The notes under the pieces are model-generated. The model worked only from the letters and a program-made list of their open reading frames with translations. It did not search any database and was not told the DNA's origin. Both the position numbers and the translations under genes were made by a program. A stretch of DNA of 64,000 nt from an uncultured Alphaproteobacteria bacterium (GTDB lineage: Bacteria > Pseudomonadota > Alphaproteobacteria > RF32 > CAG-239), in NCBI GenBank assembly GCA_944392315.1, contig CALXWH010000008.1, positions 8,549-72,548 of the forward strand, in the 5' to 3' direction. Positions 46,673 to 55,283 of the stretch are shown in pieces; position 1 is the first letter of the stretch; each line of letters opens with the position of its first letter.

Positions 46673-47350
46673 TTCATTAGCGGTTTTTGTGGCAACGACT
46701 TTTTGATAAACACCGCCAAAATAGGTTTGTTGGGACCAACGGCATGTTTCGGCGTGTGAGGCCATGCCTTTTATAGAGTTTTTCCATAAACTTTCAGCAA
46801 AAGGTTGATATAATCTGTTTATGGCGCGAATTATATATTTCAACGGGTGATATGAGGAGGGTTGATGATAGTCTATGAAAACGGCTTTCCCTCCTGGCTT
46901 GAGGGCTTTTAGAATGTTATCAATCATTTTTGTTCTGGTATATGGAGGGAGCTCGTGCAAAAGCATATAGCTGATGATGATATCATATTCTCCTTTGATG
47001 CCTTTTGATGCGTCGCCGTGGATATATTCTATTTTTTGTTCAAGATGTTTTTCTCGGCAATTTTCCAGAATTTTTGAGTTGATGTCTACAATGGCGTATG
47101 AGCCCAACATTCCTAATCCCGAGTACGCTTTTTCTATTTGTCCACCTAAAGTTGCACCGATTTGCAAAATATGTGAATGCGGAGAAATTTCTTTTTTGAC
47201 TTCTTCGGTTAGAACGTGGTGGTATCCTAAAGTTAGTATATTCAGAACGAAAGCATTGTCTAAAAAGTTATATAATGAGGAATTTTGATATAGCCATCCG
47301 TATATATCGGTTATGTAGGCGGGTAATTGTTTTTTTTCTGCTTTGGCCAT
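46670..47350 (-). CDS. class I methyltransferase-fold protein, RquA-like (possible rhodoquinone biosynthesis)
   Basis: 226 aa. The N-terminus LPAYITDIYGWLYQNSSLY and the core ILQIGATLGGQ (degenerate SAM motif I without GxGxG), LLHELP..LKPGGKAVFIDYHQP..PFAESLW match my recollection of RquA better than UbiE/UbiG. Confidence 0.5.
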   Translation of the reverse strand: MAKAEKKQLPAYITDIYGWLYQNSSLYNFLDNAFVLNILTLGYHHVLTEEVKKEISPHSHILQIGATLGGQIEKAYSGLGMLGSYAIVDINSKILENCREKHLEQKIEYIHGDASKGIKGEYDIIISYMLLHELPPYTRTKMIDNILKALKPGGKAVFIDYHQPSSYHPLKYIIRAINRLYQPFAESLWKNSIKGMASHAETCRWSQQTYFGGVYQKVVATKTANE

Positions 47351-47361
47351 GGGGTATCCTT

Positions 47362-48075
47362 TTATTGATTATTTGCAAGATTATCGGTTATGTATCCACG
47401 TTTTGCCGCTTCTATTACGGCGGAGGTTCTGTTTTTGACATTAAGAACTTTTAAGATGACAGTGATGTGGACTTTTACAGTTCCTTCCGTTAGGTTTAAT
47501 TTGTAAGCAATTTGTTTGTTGGATAATCCTTCTGCAATGCATTTGACAATTTCTATTTGGCGCTCTGTTAAACTTTTTTGAGGGGCTTCGTTTGTGCTGT
47601 CAGCAAATTTTTCTAAAGCTTTTAAGGGGGCGATATACTCTTTTTGTGTATTTTTATTGTTTTGAGTCGTTAGTGGATTGGTGTATAAGAGTTCGTGAGG
47701 AATATACACCCCGCCAGCTAATACTAAATTTATAGCGCTGATGATAAGATTGTTAGAGGCCGTTTTGGGAATATATCCAGACACACCAATGTCTAAGGTT
47801 TGTTGTAAAATCTCTTTGTCAAAAACAGCAGATATGATGATGATAGGTGTTTCCGGCTCAAGCGTGTGAATTTTTGTGAGCGCTTGTAACCAATTCGCGC
47901 CGGGCATAGCTAAATCTGTAATAATTAAATCAAAATTTTGTTTGTCTTCTAAAATGTTGAATATATCAGTATAACTTTGTGCTGTTGTAATTTCCGGATT
48001 AGGTAGGTTTTCTTTTAAGATAAACTCTAAACCTTTTAAAAACAATTCATGGTCATCTGCAATTAGTATTTTCAT
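47362..48075 (-). CDS. response regulator, NarL/FixJ family (REC + LuxR-type HTH), no adjacent kinase
   Basis: MKILIADDHELF..DLIITDLAMPG receiver domain, a long linker, and LTERQIEIVKCIAEGLSNKQIAYKLNLTEGTVKVHI HTH. Confidence 0.85.
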   Translation of the reverse strand: MKILIADDHELFLKGLEFILKENLPNPEITTAQSYTDIFNILEDKQNFDLIITDLAMPGANWLQALTKIHTLEPETPIIIISAVFDKEILQQTLDIGVSGYIPKTASNNLIISAINLVLAGGVYIPHELLYTNPLTTQNNKNTQKEYIAPLKALEKFADSTNEAPQKSLTERQIEIVKCIAEGLSNKQIAYKLNLTEGTVKVHITVILKVLNVKNRTSAVIEAAKRGYITDNLANNQ

Positions 48076-48807
48076 TTATTTGCTCCAATCTCCAGATATC
48101 ATCTGCCAACATGATAAGGCTGCGGCTACAGCAGTTTCTGCTCTTAAAATACGAGGTCCTAAAGTTGCACCTTTGGCAAAAGTAAGACTTCTTAGTGTTT
48201 CTTGTTCCTCATTTGAAAAACCACCTTCAGGGCCAATCAAAAGTGCGGCTTTGTTTGATGGATTTTCTTTTAAAATGGTTAAAAAATTTTTGCTTTGTAA
48301 ACTTTCATCCATAAAAAATAGGGGTCTTTCTTTGTCCCAAGTTCGTAAGATTTCTTTTAATTCTTTGGACGCGGAAATTTCCGGTAAATCGGTTCGTCGG
48401 CATTGTTCGGCTGCTTCTATACTCTGTGCAATATAGCGCTCCAAGCGGATGTTTTTGGTCATGGTATATTGGGTTATTACCGGTTGTATTTTACGGCAAC
48501 CTAATTCGGTTGCTTTTTCTATAACAAAGTCTGTTTTATCTTTTTTTAGTGGGGCAAATAAAAGCCAGATATCAGGGCAGAGAGTATATTTTTTTAGTTG
48601 GTGGGTAATTTGTATTTGGCCTTGCTTTTTTTCAAGAGAGATTAAAGTTGCCGAAAATTCGCCGGTTTGATTATCAAAGCATTGGATGGGTGTGTTTTGA
48701 GTAGCTCTGATGACATTTTTTAGATAGTGTGTTTGCTCTTCGTCTAAAGTTATGATTTTGTTTTGAGCGAGCGGTTCTTTTATGTATAAGCGAATAGTTT
48801 GTGACAT
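48076..48807 (-). CDS. rsmE: 16S rRNA (uracil1498-N3)-methyltransferase
   Basis: 243 aa. PUA-like N-terminus and the SPOUT C-terminus LLIGPEGGFSNEE..LGPRILRAETA. Confidence 0.85.
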   Translation of the reverse strand: MSQTIRLYIKEPLAQNKIITLDEEQTHYLKNVIRATQNTPIQCFDNQTGEFSATLISLEKKQGQIQITHQLKKYTLCPDIWLLFAPLKKDKTDFVIEKATELGCRKIQPVITQYTMTKNIRLERYIAQSIEAAEQCRRTDLPEISASKELKEILRTWDKERPLFFMDESLQSKNFLTILKENPSNKAALLIGPEGGFSNEEQETLRSLTFAKGATLGPRILRAETAVAAALSCWQMISGDWSK

Positions 48808-48905
48808 GTTCTTATTCTTTGTATAAAGTTATTTTATGCTATGATATTAGTAAATATGTGTTAAAGAATAGATAAAATTTTTAACATTAAGGGATACTGA
48901 ATAAA

Positions 48906-49580
48906 ATGATTATCACAGTAGATGGTCCGGCAGCCGCAGGTAAAGGGACGCTTTCACAAAAATTAGCAGATAAATACGGATTAGCTTATTTTGATACCGG
49001 TATGGTTTATAGAGCGGTCGGGCTGATGATGGTTAAAAATTCTTTTGATTTGGCGGATGTTTCGGTAGCAGAAAATATGGCGGCACAATTGACATTTGCT
49101 AAAATGATGGAACTATCTAAAGATAAGGATTTTCGTTCGTCGTTGGGGGGTAATGCGGCTTCTATTGTTTCTAGCTATTCTGGGGTGCGCGCGCGTTTGT
49201 TGGATATGCAACGTAATTTTGCTAAAAATCCGACATTTGCAGATGGGACTCCTGCACGGGGTGTGATTTATGATGGACGCGATACCGGTACGGTTATTTG
49301 TCCTCAAGCAGATGTTAAATTTTTTATTACGGCTTCTTCAGAAGTTCGTGCTAAAAGAAGGTATGATGAATTTGTGCAAAAAGGTATGAATGTTCAGTAT
49401 GAAGATGTTCTAAAAGATGTGATTGCTCGGGATGAGCGGGATGCTAATCGTAAGGATGCTCCGATGAAGCCGGCTGAAGATGCGGTGATTTTGGATACAT
49501 CTGATATGGGAATTGATGAGGTTTTTCAAAAATCTGTTGCAATTATTGAAGAAATGCTTAAATATTCTAAAAAAAATTAG
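48906..49580 (+). CDS. cmk: (d)CMP kinase
   Basis: IITVDGPAAAGKGT P-loop, YFDTGMVYRA, DGRDTGTV. Confidence 0.92.
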   Translation: MIITVDGPAAAGKGTLSQKLADKYGLAYFDTGMVYRAVGLMMVKNSFDLADVSVAENMAAQLTFAKMMELSKDKDFRSSLGGNAASIVSSYSGVRARLLDMQRNFAKNPTFADGTPARGVIYDGRDTGTVICPQADVKFFITASSEVRAKRRYDEFVQKGMNVQYEDVLKDVIARDERDANRKDAPMKPAEDAVILDTSDMGIDEVFQKSVAIIEEMLKYSKKN

Positions 49581-49596
49581 GATAAGGAGCTTAGAT

Positions 49597-50769
49597 ATGC
49601 AAAATAAAAAATTGACAGACGCTGTATATTATGTCGGTGCTGATGATAAAACATTAGATTTGTTTGAAGGACAATATGTTATTCCAGACGGCATTTCGTA
49701 TAATTCATATGTGATTATGGATGAAAAAATTGCGGTTATGGATACAGTGGATAAAAGAGCAACAGATGAGTGGTTTAAGAATCTAGATGAAGTGCTGGGT
49801 AATAAAGAACCGGATTATTTGGTTGTTTTGCATATGGAGCCGGATCATGCTGCCAATATTCAGCATTTTTTGGAAAAATATAAAAATGCTAAAATTGTAA
49901 CGAATCCAAAAACCTTTAATATGATACCTCAATTTTTTGAACATCTGGATTTAGAAGGGCGGAAAATTGTTGTTAATGAAGGTGATGAATTAGTTTTGGG
50001 TGAACATTCTTTGACCTTTGTTATGGCTCCAATGGTTCATTGGCCGGAAGTTATGGTCGCTTATGAGAAAAAAGAGAAAATTTTGTTCTCGGCGGATGCG
50101 TTTGGTAAATTCGGGGCGCTGGATACGGATGACGGTGATTGGGATTGTGAAGCGCGTCGGTATTATATTAATATTGTTGGTAAATATGGCGTTCAAGTTC
50201 AATCTTTGCTCAAAAAAGCTGCAAATTTGGATATTCAAAAGATTTTTGCATTGCATGGACCTATGTTGACGGAGAATCTGGGACATTATATTGAAAAATA
50301 TGATATTTGGAGCAGTTATCGTCCGGAAGATAAGGGGATATTTATTGCTTATGCCTCTGTTTATGGAAATACGAAGAAAGTTGCAGAAAAATTAAAAGAA
50401 ATTTTGGAAGCAAAAGGGGATGTTAAAGTTACTTTGGCAGATTTAGCACGCGATGATATGGCCGAAGCTGTTGAAGATGCTTTTCGTTATGATAGATTGG
50501 TTTTGGCATCTATTACATATGATGGTGGCTTATTCCCTTGTATGGAAAGCTTTATTGCCCATCTTAAACATAAAAATTACCAGAATCGCAAAGTTGCTTT
50601 TATGGAAAATGGTTCTTGGGCTCCTTTGGCTGCAAAAAAGATGAAAGCAGAATTGGAAAATTGTAAGAATTTGACGTTTTTGAATAATACCGTTTCAATT
50701 AGATCTGCTTTGAAAGATGCTGATATTAAACAGTTGGAGAATTTAGCTGACGAATTGCTAAGTGATTGA
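49597..50769 (+). CDS. flavodiiron protein (FprA/ROO-type: MBL-like diiron domain + flavodoxin domain)
   Basis: The ATG at 49597 follows aaggag. HMEPDHAAN diiron ligand motif and a C-terminal flavodoxin-like IAYASVYGNTKKVAE. Confidence 0.85.
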   Translation: MQNKKLTDAVYYVGADDKTLDLFEGQYVIPDGISYNSYVIMDEKIAVMDTVDKRATDEWFKNLDEVLGNKEPDYLVVLHMEPDHAANIQHFLEKYKNAKIVTNPKTFNMIPQFFEHLDLEGRKIVVNEGDELVLGEHSLTFVMAPMVHWPEVMVAYEKKEKILFSADAFGKFGALDTDDGDWDCEARRYYINIVGKYGVQVQSLLKKAANLDIQKIFALHGPMLTENLGHYIEKYDIWSSYRPEDKGIFIAYASVYGNTKKVAEKLKEILEAKGDVKVTLADLARDDMAEAVEDAFRYDRLVLASITYDGGLFPCMESFIAHLKHKNYQNRKVAFMENGSWAPLAAKKMKAELENCKNLTFLNNTVSIRSALKDADIKQLENLADELLSD

Positions 50770-50928
50770 TGTACTCTTTAAAGTGAGGATGGAAAAGCGG
50801 TCTGGGTTAATACGGGCTGCTTTTTTATTTGAGGGGAAGGTTACTTTAGCGTGAGAAAATCTCTTGCAAAAAATTATTTTTTTAGTATGGTGTAGGCGCG
50901 TTATTTATTATTTTAAATTTTAATTTTT

Positions 50929-51525
50929 ATGAAAAGAAATGTGTATATTTTTCGTCATGGTGAAACAGATTATAATCTGGAATACAGATGGCAAGGATGC
51001 GGATTGGATCCGGTTTTAAATGAGAATGGTTTGGATCAAGCTAAGCAATTAGCGGAGAAAGTTGCTTCTCTTAGATTAACTGTCTTTTATAGTTCTCCTT
51101 TGGTGCGAGCTGTGCAAACGGCCAATATCTTAGCGCAAAGAGTTGGAATTGATATTCCGATTATTATTCTTCAAGATTTGCGTGAAGGTCATTTTGGTGA
51201 TGCTGAGGGACTGACTTTTACAGAGGTTCGGGGGCAATTTGGTGAGGAGTTTGTTAACAGCGTTTGTTGGCCGACCGTTGAAACTTGGGATAGAGCTTTT
51301 CCGCATGGTGAGAGTAAACATGATATGTTTAATCGTGCGCTAGGGTGTTTGAACTATATTTTGCATTGTACAAATGATGCGAATATCGGGGTTGTTTGTC
51401 ACGCAGGTATTATGAGTGCATTGAAGTGTGGTTTGAATTTAGAGCAGACTCCAAATCCTAATTGTTCGGTGTTGCATTTGCAATATGATCCGGAAACGCA
51501 TCTGTTTGAACAGATTCATGACTAA
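50929..51525 (+). CDS. histidine phosphatase family protein (phosphoglycerate mutase-like)
   Basis: IFRHGETDYN catalytic RHG motif, SSPLVRAVQTA, and a second His in VCHAG. Confidence 0.8.
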   Translation: MKRNVYIFRHGETDYNLEYRWQGCGLDPVLNENGLDQAKQLAEKVASLRLTVFYSSPLVRAVQTANILAQRVGIDIPIIILQDLREGHFGDAEGLTFTEVRGQFGEEFVNSVCWPTVETWDRAFPHGESKHDMFNRALGCLNYILHCTNDANIGVVCHAGIMSALKCGLNLEQTPNPNCSVLHLQYDPETHLFEQIHD

Positions 51526-51529
51526 AGAG

Positions 51530-51551
51530 AGCCGCTTTATGCGGCTTTTTG
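51530..51551 (+). terminator. intrinsic terminator
   Basis: agccgc-tttat-gcggct hairpin followed by T5. Confidence 0.75.
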
Positions 51552-51608
51552 TTTGTGGATATCCGAATCCATATTGATATTCGTTATTTGATAATTTTGA
51601 AGGGGAAA

Positions 51609-51685
51609 TGGTGCACCCGGCGAGGTTCGAACTCGCAACCTTTGGCGTCGGAGGCCAACACTCTATCCAATTGAGCTACGGGTAC
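51609..51685 (-). tRNA. tRNA-Arg (anticodon CCG)
   Basis: The reverse complement reads GTACCCGTAGCTCAATTGGATAGAGTGTTGGCCTCCGACGCCAAAGGTTGCGAGTTCGAACCTCGCCGGGTGCACCA. The cloverleaf folds, with anticodon loop CT-CCG-AC. Confidence 0.9.
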
Positions 51686-51828
51686 TTACTTTCTTTGCAT
51701 CTCTGCTTTATATATCCTATTTTTTTATTATTCCAGTATTTTTTCGCTTTTTTGCGAAGATTTTACTTGACTTCTAGTGATTATCTTTGTATGTATGAGC
51801 AAAAGTTTTTGAGTAAAGGATATTAAAA

Positions 51829-52113
51829 ATGGCTAAGAAATGTGAAATTTCCGGCACTGGCGTTATGAGCGGTAATAATGTAAGTCACGCTAACAATAGA
51901 ACTCGCCGTCGCTTTTTGCCGAATCTGCAAGTTGTTTCTCTTTTAAGCGAAGCTCTTGGTAAAATCTATAAATTGAGAATTTGTACAAAGACTCTTCGTT
52001 CTATTGAACATAAAGGTGGTCTTGATGCTTATTTGATGGCTACTCCGGATGCTAAGTTGTCTGAAGAAGCTAAAAAAATTAAAAAAGTTGTTGCAGGTAA
52101 AATTGCTGCATAA
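51829..52113 (+). CDS. rpmB: 50S ribosomal protein L28
   Basis: MAKKCEISGTGVMSGNNVSHANNRTRRRFLPNLQ is the L28 signature. Confidence 0.92.
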   Translation: MAKKCEISGTGVMSGNNVSHANNRTRRRFLPNLQVVSLLSEALGKIYKLRICTKTLRSIEHKGGLDAYLMATPDAKLSEEAKKIKKVVAGKIAA

Positions 52114-52136
52114 AACTTGCTAAATGATTTTTTATA

Positions 52137-52162
52137 AAGGCTACTTCGGTAGCCTTTTTTTG
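52137..52162 (+). terminator. intrinsic terminator after rpmB
   Basis: aggctac-ttcg-gtagcct hairpin followed by T7. Confidence 0.8.
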
Positions 52163-52269
52163 TGTTTGGTGGATAGAATTTTGATGTTTATCTTGTGTAT
52201 AACAGATGTGTGAGTATGGGAGATTTTGCTTGCATTTTGCTGTTTTACGATATATAGATACAAAGTCTT

Positions 52270-52346
52270 CGGGACGTAGTTCAGCCTGGTAGAGCGCTTG
52301 CATGGGGTGCAAGAAGTCGGAGGTTCGAATCCTCTCGTCCCGACCA
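52270..52346 (+). tRNA. tRNA-Pro (anticodon GGG)
   Basis: CGGGACGTAGTTCAGCCTGGTAGAGCGCTTGCATGGGGTGCAAGAAGTCGGAGGTTCGAATCCTCTCGTCCCGACCA. Anticodon stem cttgc/gcaag, loop AT-GGG-GT. Confidence 0.9.
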
Positions 52347-52354
52347 CATAGAAG

Positions 52355-52381
52355 AGGCCTGCTGTTTTGCAGGCCTTTTTT
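52355..52381 (+). terminator. intrinsic terminator after tRNA-Pro (overlaps the 3' end of the convergent NUDIX gene)
   Basis: aggcctgc-tgtttt-gcaggcct hairpin followed by T6. Confidence 0.8.
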
Positions 52382-52799
52382 AGAGAAGTTGTTTAATGTC
52401 ATACTGCGTTAAAAAGTTTTTATTTGATAGCATTAAATTTTCAGGCAAAGCGTTAATATCAAACCACTTCCACTCGGCGCATTTTTCGGGTTCCATAATT
52501 TTTGGAATGCCTTGATATTTGTGACAGCACAAGTGAAGGGTTATATAGTGTTTTCCGCTTTCTTTATAAAAATCATTCGTGACGCCTTGAAGAGTTACAT
52601 CTTGGGGATTTATTTGTAAACCTGTTTCTTCTAAGGCTTCTCTAACGGCGGCTTGTTCATTACTTTCGCCGTATTCCATATGACCACCGGGCGGACACCA
52701 TGTGCCTTTACTGTGTTCGCTCTTTCTTAGCCCTAAAAGAAGTTGATTTTGAGGGTTAAAAATATATAGCCCGACTCCTACTTTTATTTGCTGTTCCAT
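52380..52799 (-). CDS. NUDIX hydrolase
   Basis: Nudix box GGHMEYGESNEQAAVREALEETGL. Confidence 0.85.
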   Translation of the reverse strand: MEQQIKVGVGLYIFNPQNQLLLGLRKSEHSKGTWCPPGGHMEYGESNEQAAVREALEETGLQINPQDVTLQGVTNDFYKESGKHYITLHLCCHKYQGIPKIMEPEKCAEWKWFDINALPENLMLSNKNFLTQYDIKQLL

Positions 52800-52849
52800 C
52801 TTTAGTCCTTTTTATATGAAAAAAGCCACACTCTGTGGCTTTTTAATTT

Positions 52850-53566
52850 TTATTCTAACCAGTATTCTATGGTTGATACAACACGAACTGTTTTTTCTAT
52901 TTGTTGTGATTCTGAGCTTCCCATCGTTTGTTCACGGGGAAGAATAGAAAAGACTCCTTGATTAGCGCGACGAATTTTGCCCACGATGCTTCCGGAGCTC
53001 TTTGCAAATTCGTAAGCGGCTTCTTTGGCGCTTTTAGTTGCTTCTTCCAGCATCTTCGGCTTGATATCATTTAATTTTGTGAAAATGTAAGACACGGGGT
53101 ATTCATAGGACGAACTGTCAAAAATGATACCTTTGGAGATTAAATTATCAGTCTTAGTTAAAGATTCTTCTACTAAATCTACATTAGTGCTGCGTACGGT
53201 AATTGTTTGAGACAAAATGAAGCGCATATCGTTATTTTCATTGTTACGGTATGGATTAGCCATCAAATCGTTCGTTTCAATGCGACCTAATTTAATTTCT
53301 GTTTCTGTGAAACCTTGTTGCTTTAAAAAAGCGAGAATCTCTGATGCTTGAGAGGTGATTTCTTTTTGTGCGCTGAATAATTCTTTGCCGGTGATTACAA
53401 ATTTGAGTTTCCATATTGCTAAGTCGGCTTTGACATCCATTTCTGATAGACCTTTTACGGTTACGGAATTGTTGTCTAGTTTAGCTTTGTAATAGTAATA
53501 GCCGGGAAAGAAGCCCCCAAAGATGAGACCTAAGGCTAAAAGTGCTGCTGAGATGATTTTTTTCAT
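52850..53566 (-). CDS. SIMPL (DUF541) domain periplasmic protein
   Basis: 238 aa. N-terminal signal/anchor; overall similarity by eye to YggE/SIMPL proteins (VTVKGLSEMDVKADLA.., C-terminal VRVVSTIEY). Confidence 0.65.
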   Translation of the reverse strand: MKKIISAALLALGLIFGGFFPGYYYYKAKLDNNSVTVKGLSEMDVKADLAIWKLKFVITGKELFSAQKEITSQASEILAFLKQQGFTETEIKLGRIETNDLMANPYRNNENNDMRFILSQTITVRSTNVDLVEESLTKTDNLISKGIIFDSSSYEYPVSYIFTKLNDIKPKMLEEATKSAKEAAYEFAKSSGSIVGKIRRANQGVFSILPREQTMGSSESQQIEKTVRVVSTIEYWLE

Positions 53567-53639
53567 GTTGGCATCCTCTATATATAGTTGAATTTATGTT
53601 CTCAATCCTAATTGAAATTTGCGAAGATACAAGAAAAAA

Positions 53640-53659
53640 CTTTACCTTTTCAGGTAAAG
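53640..53659 (-). terminator. bidirectional hairpin downstream of the flavodoxin gene
   Basis: ctttacc-ttttca-ggtaaag hairpin flanked by A6 upstream and T4 downstream on the + strand. Confidence 0.6.
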
Positions 53660-53672
53660 CTTTTGAAAAAAA

Positions 53673-54254
53673 TTATTTTAAATTTAAATCTTTTATCCAG
53701 CCGGATATTCCGAAAGTTCGGCTTTGGTATCCGACCCAGCCGTCTTTGCTGACATTGCAGCCGGAGCATTGTGCTGTTAAGTCTGTTATTGTATTTTGTT
53801 CACCGCCGCCACCGTGGGTGATAAATGGAATGATTGTTTTTCCGCTTAAATTATTGTCGGCTAAAAAGGTGCTTACAGCCGGTGCAATTGTTCCCCACCA
53901 ATTCGGAGAGCCCAAGAAAATTATATCATATTGGGAAATGTTATTTACTTTTCCTTTTAATGTGGGGCGAAAGCCTTCATTTATTTCTCGTTTGGCTTGC
54001 GCTGTTGTTGCACGATACTCTTCCGGATAGGTCTGTTCTGTTTCTATCCGATAGATATCTCCTCCTACTTTTTCATGGATGGCTTCGGCTACTTCTTTCG
54101 TGTTGCCGGACCAAGAATAGTAGGCGACTAAAATCTTTTTGTTTGCCATATTCTGTTCCGGATTTGTTTGCGCCAAAGTTGTATTGGCGGTTAAAAAGAT
54201 GGCAGATATTGCCAAAAATATTTTCTTAAATAAATTACGGATGTTCATTTTCAT
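53673..54254 (-). CDS. exported flavodoxin-family protein
   Basis: Signal peptide ending in TLA|QT, then KILVAYYSWSGNTKEVAEAI, a flavodoxin FMN-binding loop. Confidence 0.75.
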   Translation of the reverse strand: MKMNIRNLFKKIFLAISAIFLTANTTLAQTNPEQNMANKKILVAYYSWSGNTKEVAEAIHEKVGGDIYRIETEQTYPEEYRATTAQAKREINEGFRPTLKGKVNNISQYDIIFLGSPNWWGTIAPAVSTFLADNNLSGKTIIPFITHGGGGEQNTITDLTAQCSGCNVSKDGWVGYQSRTFGISGWIKDLNLK

Positions 54255-54282
54255 TTCTCTCCTTTCTGTTATTCTGTAGGTA

Positions 54283-54313
54283 AGTATAATTTTTAGAGTA
54301 TACTCTAAGTCAA
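54283..54313 (-). promoter_or_regulatory. MerR-type promoter with operator palindrome (site 1)
   Basis: The minus strand reads TTGACT-tagagtatactctaaaaat-TATACT with a 19-nt spacer. The perfect 16-bp palindrome TTAGAGTATACTCTAA lies at 54293-54308, upstream of the flavodoxin gene. Confidence 0.65.
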
Positions 54314-54331
54314 GAGCTTTTTTATGATATT

Positions 54332-55057
54332 TTATTTGTTGAGCCTTTTAGAATAATAGAGGCCTATTTCAAATAGAGCATAGGTGGGGATTGTCAGCAT
54401 AAGCTGGCTAACTACATCCGGCGGGGTTAAAATGGCCGCAATGATTAAAATTAATGTAAAAATATAGGGACGTTTGGCTTTAACCGTTTCATATGTGCAG
54501 ATACCTGATTTTATGAGAGAATAGGTTATCAAGGGAAATTGAAACATTATTCCAAAAATGACTGATAACCATAAACTTAGTCCTATGACATTTGAAATAC
54601 CTAAGGTGGCTTTTAATTCCGGTGTGGCAAAACCTGCACCAAATTTGATAATCAGTGGTAAAATAAAACTGATACAAAAACAAACTCCCAAAATGAATAG
54701 TGAGCTAGAGCTCAAAATTATCCGTTTGATGAAATATCGTTCGTTTTCATACAACGCAGGGAGAATAAAATTCCATAATTGTTTGGCTATGTATGGAAAA
54801 CATATCACAAAATCTAAAACAAGTGCGATTTTTATTTGTAAAATAAAGACTTCTGCCGGTGAAAAAAAGTTTAGCGTTACCGGTAAGTCTTGAATAAGAA
54901 TTTTTATCAGCCAATCCAGAAAATAAGGAGATAAATACAGCGTTAGCGGTAATATAATCGCAAGAGATATTAGACAGCGCAATAATGTATTTCGCAAGGC
55001 TTCTAAATGCGAAATGAGTGTTTCTTCATCTGACGGAGTTTGTTCGTTATTGCTCAT
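54332..55057 (-). CDS. tatC: twin-arginine translocase subunit TatC
   Basis: 241 aa, 6 TM helices, HLEALRNTLLRCL N-terminus and LTPPDVVSQ motif. Confidence 0.9.
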   Translation of the reverse strand: MSNNEQTPSDEETLISHLEALRNTLLRCLISLAIILPLTLYLSPYFLDWLIKILIQDLPVTLNFFSPAEVFILQIKIALVLDFVICFPYIAKQLWNFILPALYENERYFIKRIILSSSSLFILGVCFCISFILPLIIKFGAGFATPELKATLGISNVIGLSLWLSVIFGIMFQFPLITYSLIKSGICTYETVKAKRPYIFTLILIIAAILTPPDVVSQLMLTIPTYALFEIGLYYSKRLNK

Positions 55058-55273
55058 TTAATCCTTTTTATTTTTAGAATCATCTTCTTGTTGAGCTACT
55101 TTTTCTATTGTTTCTTGTAGACTGTCTGCTTCGTTTTGCAGAGCTTCTTTTGCTTTTTTATATTCATAAGAGGCTTTCCCAAATGCTTTGGCGAGTTCTG
55201 GTATTCGCTTGCCTCCGAAAAGTAATAAGACGACAACTAATATTAAAATGAGTTCACTTAATCCGATAGACAT
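55058..55273 (-). CDS. tatA: twin-arginine translocase subunit TatA/E
   Basis: MSIGLSELILILVVVLLLFGGKRIPELAKAFGKA is the canonical TatA N-terminus. Confidence 0.9.
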   Translation of the reverse strand: MSIGLSELILILVVVLLLFGGKRIPELAKAFGKASYEYKKAKEALQNEADSLQETIEKVAQQEDDSKNKKD

Positions 55274-55283
55274 ATTTTTCTCC

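Noticed and set aside
53596-54229. + strand ORFs 53596..54030 and 53834..54229
   Set aside because: They are antisense to the flavodoxin gene, which has a signal peptide, an FMN-loop motif, a promoter and a terminator. The translations are Leu/Pro/Arg-rich noise.
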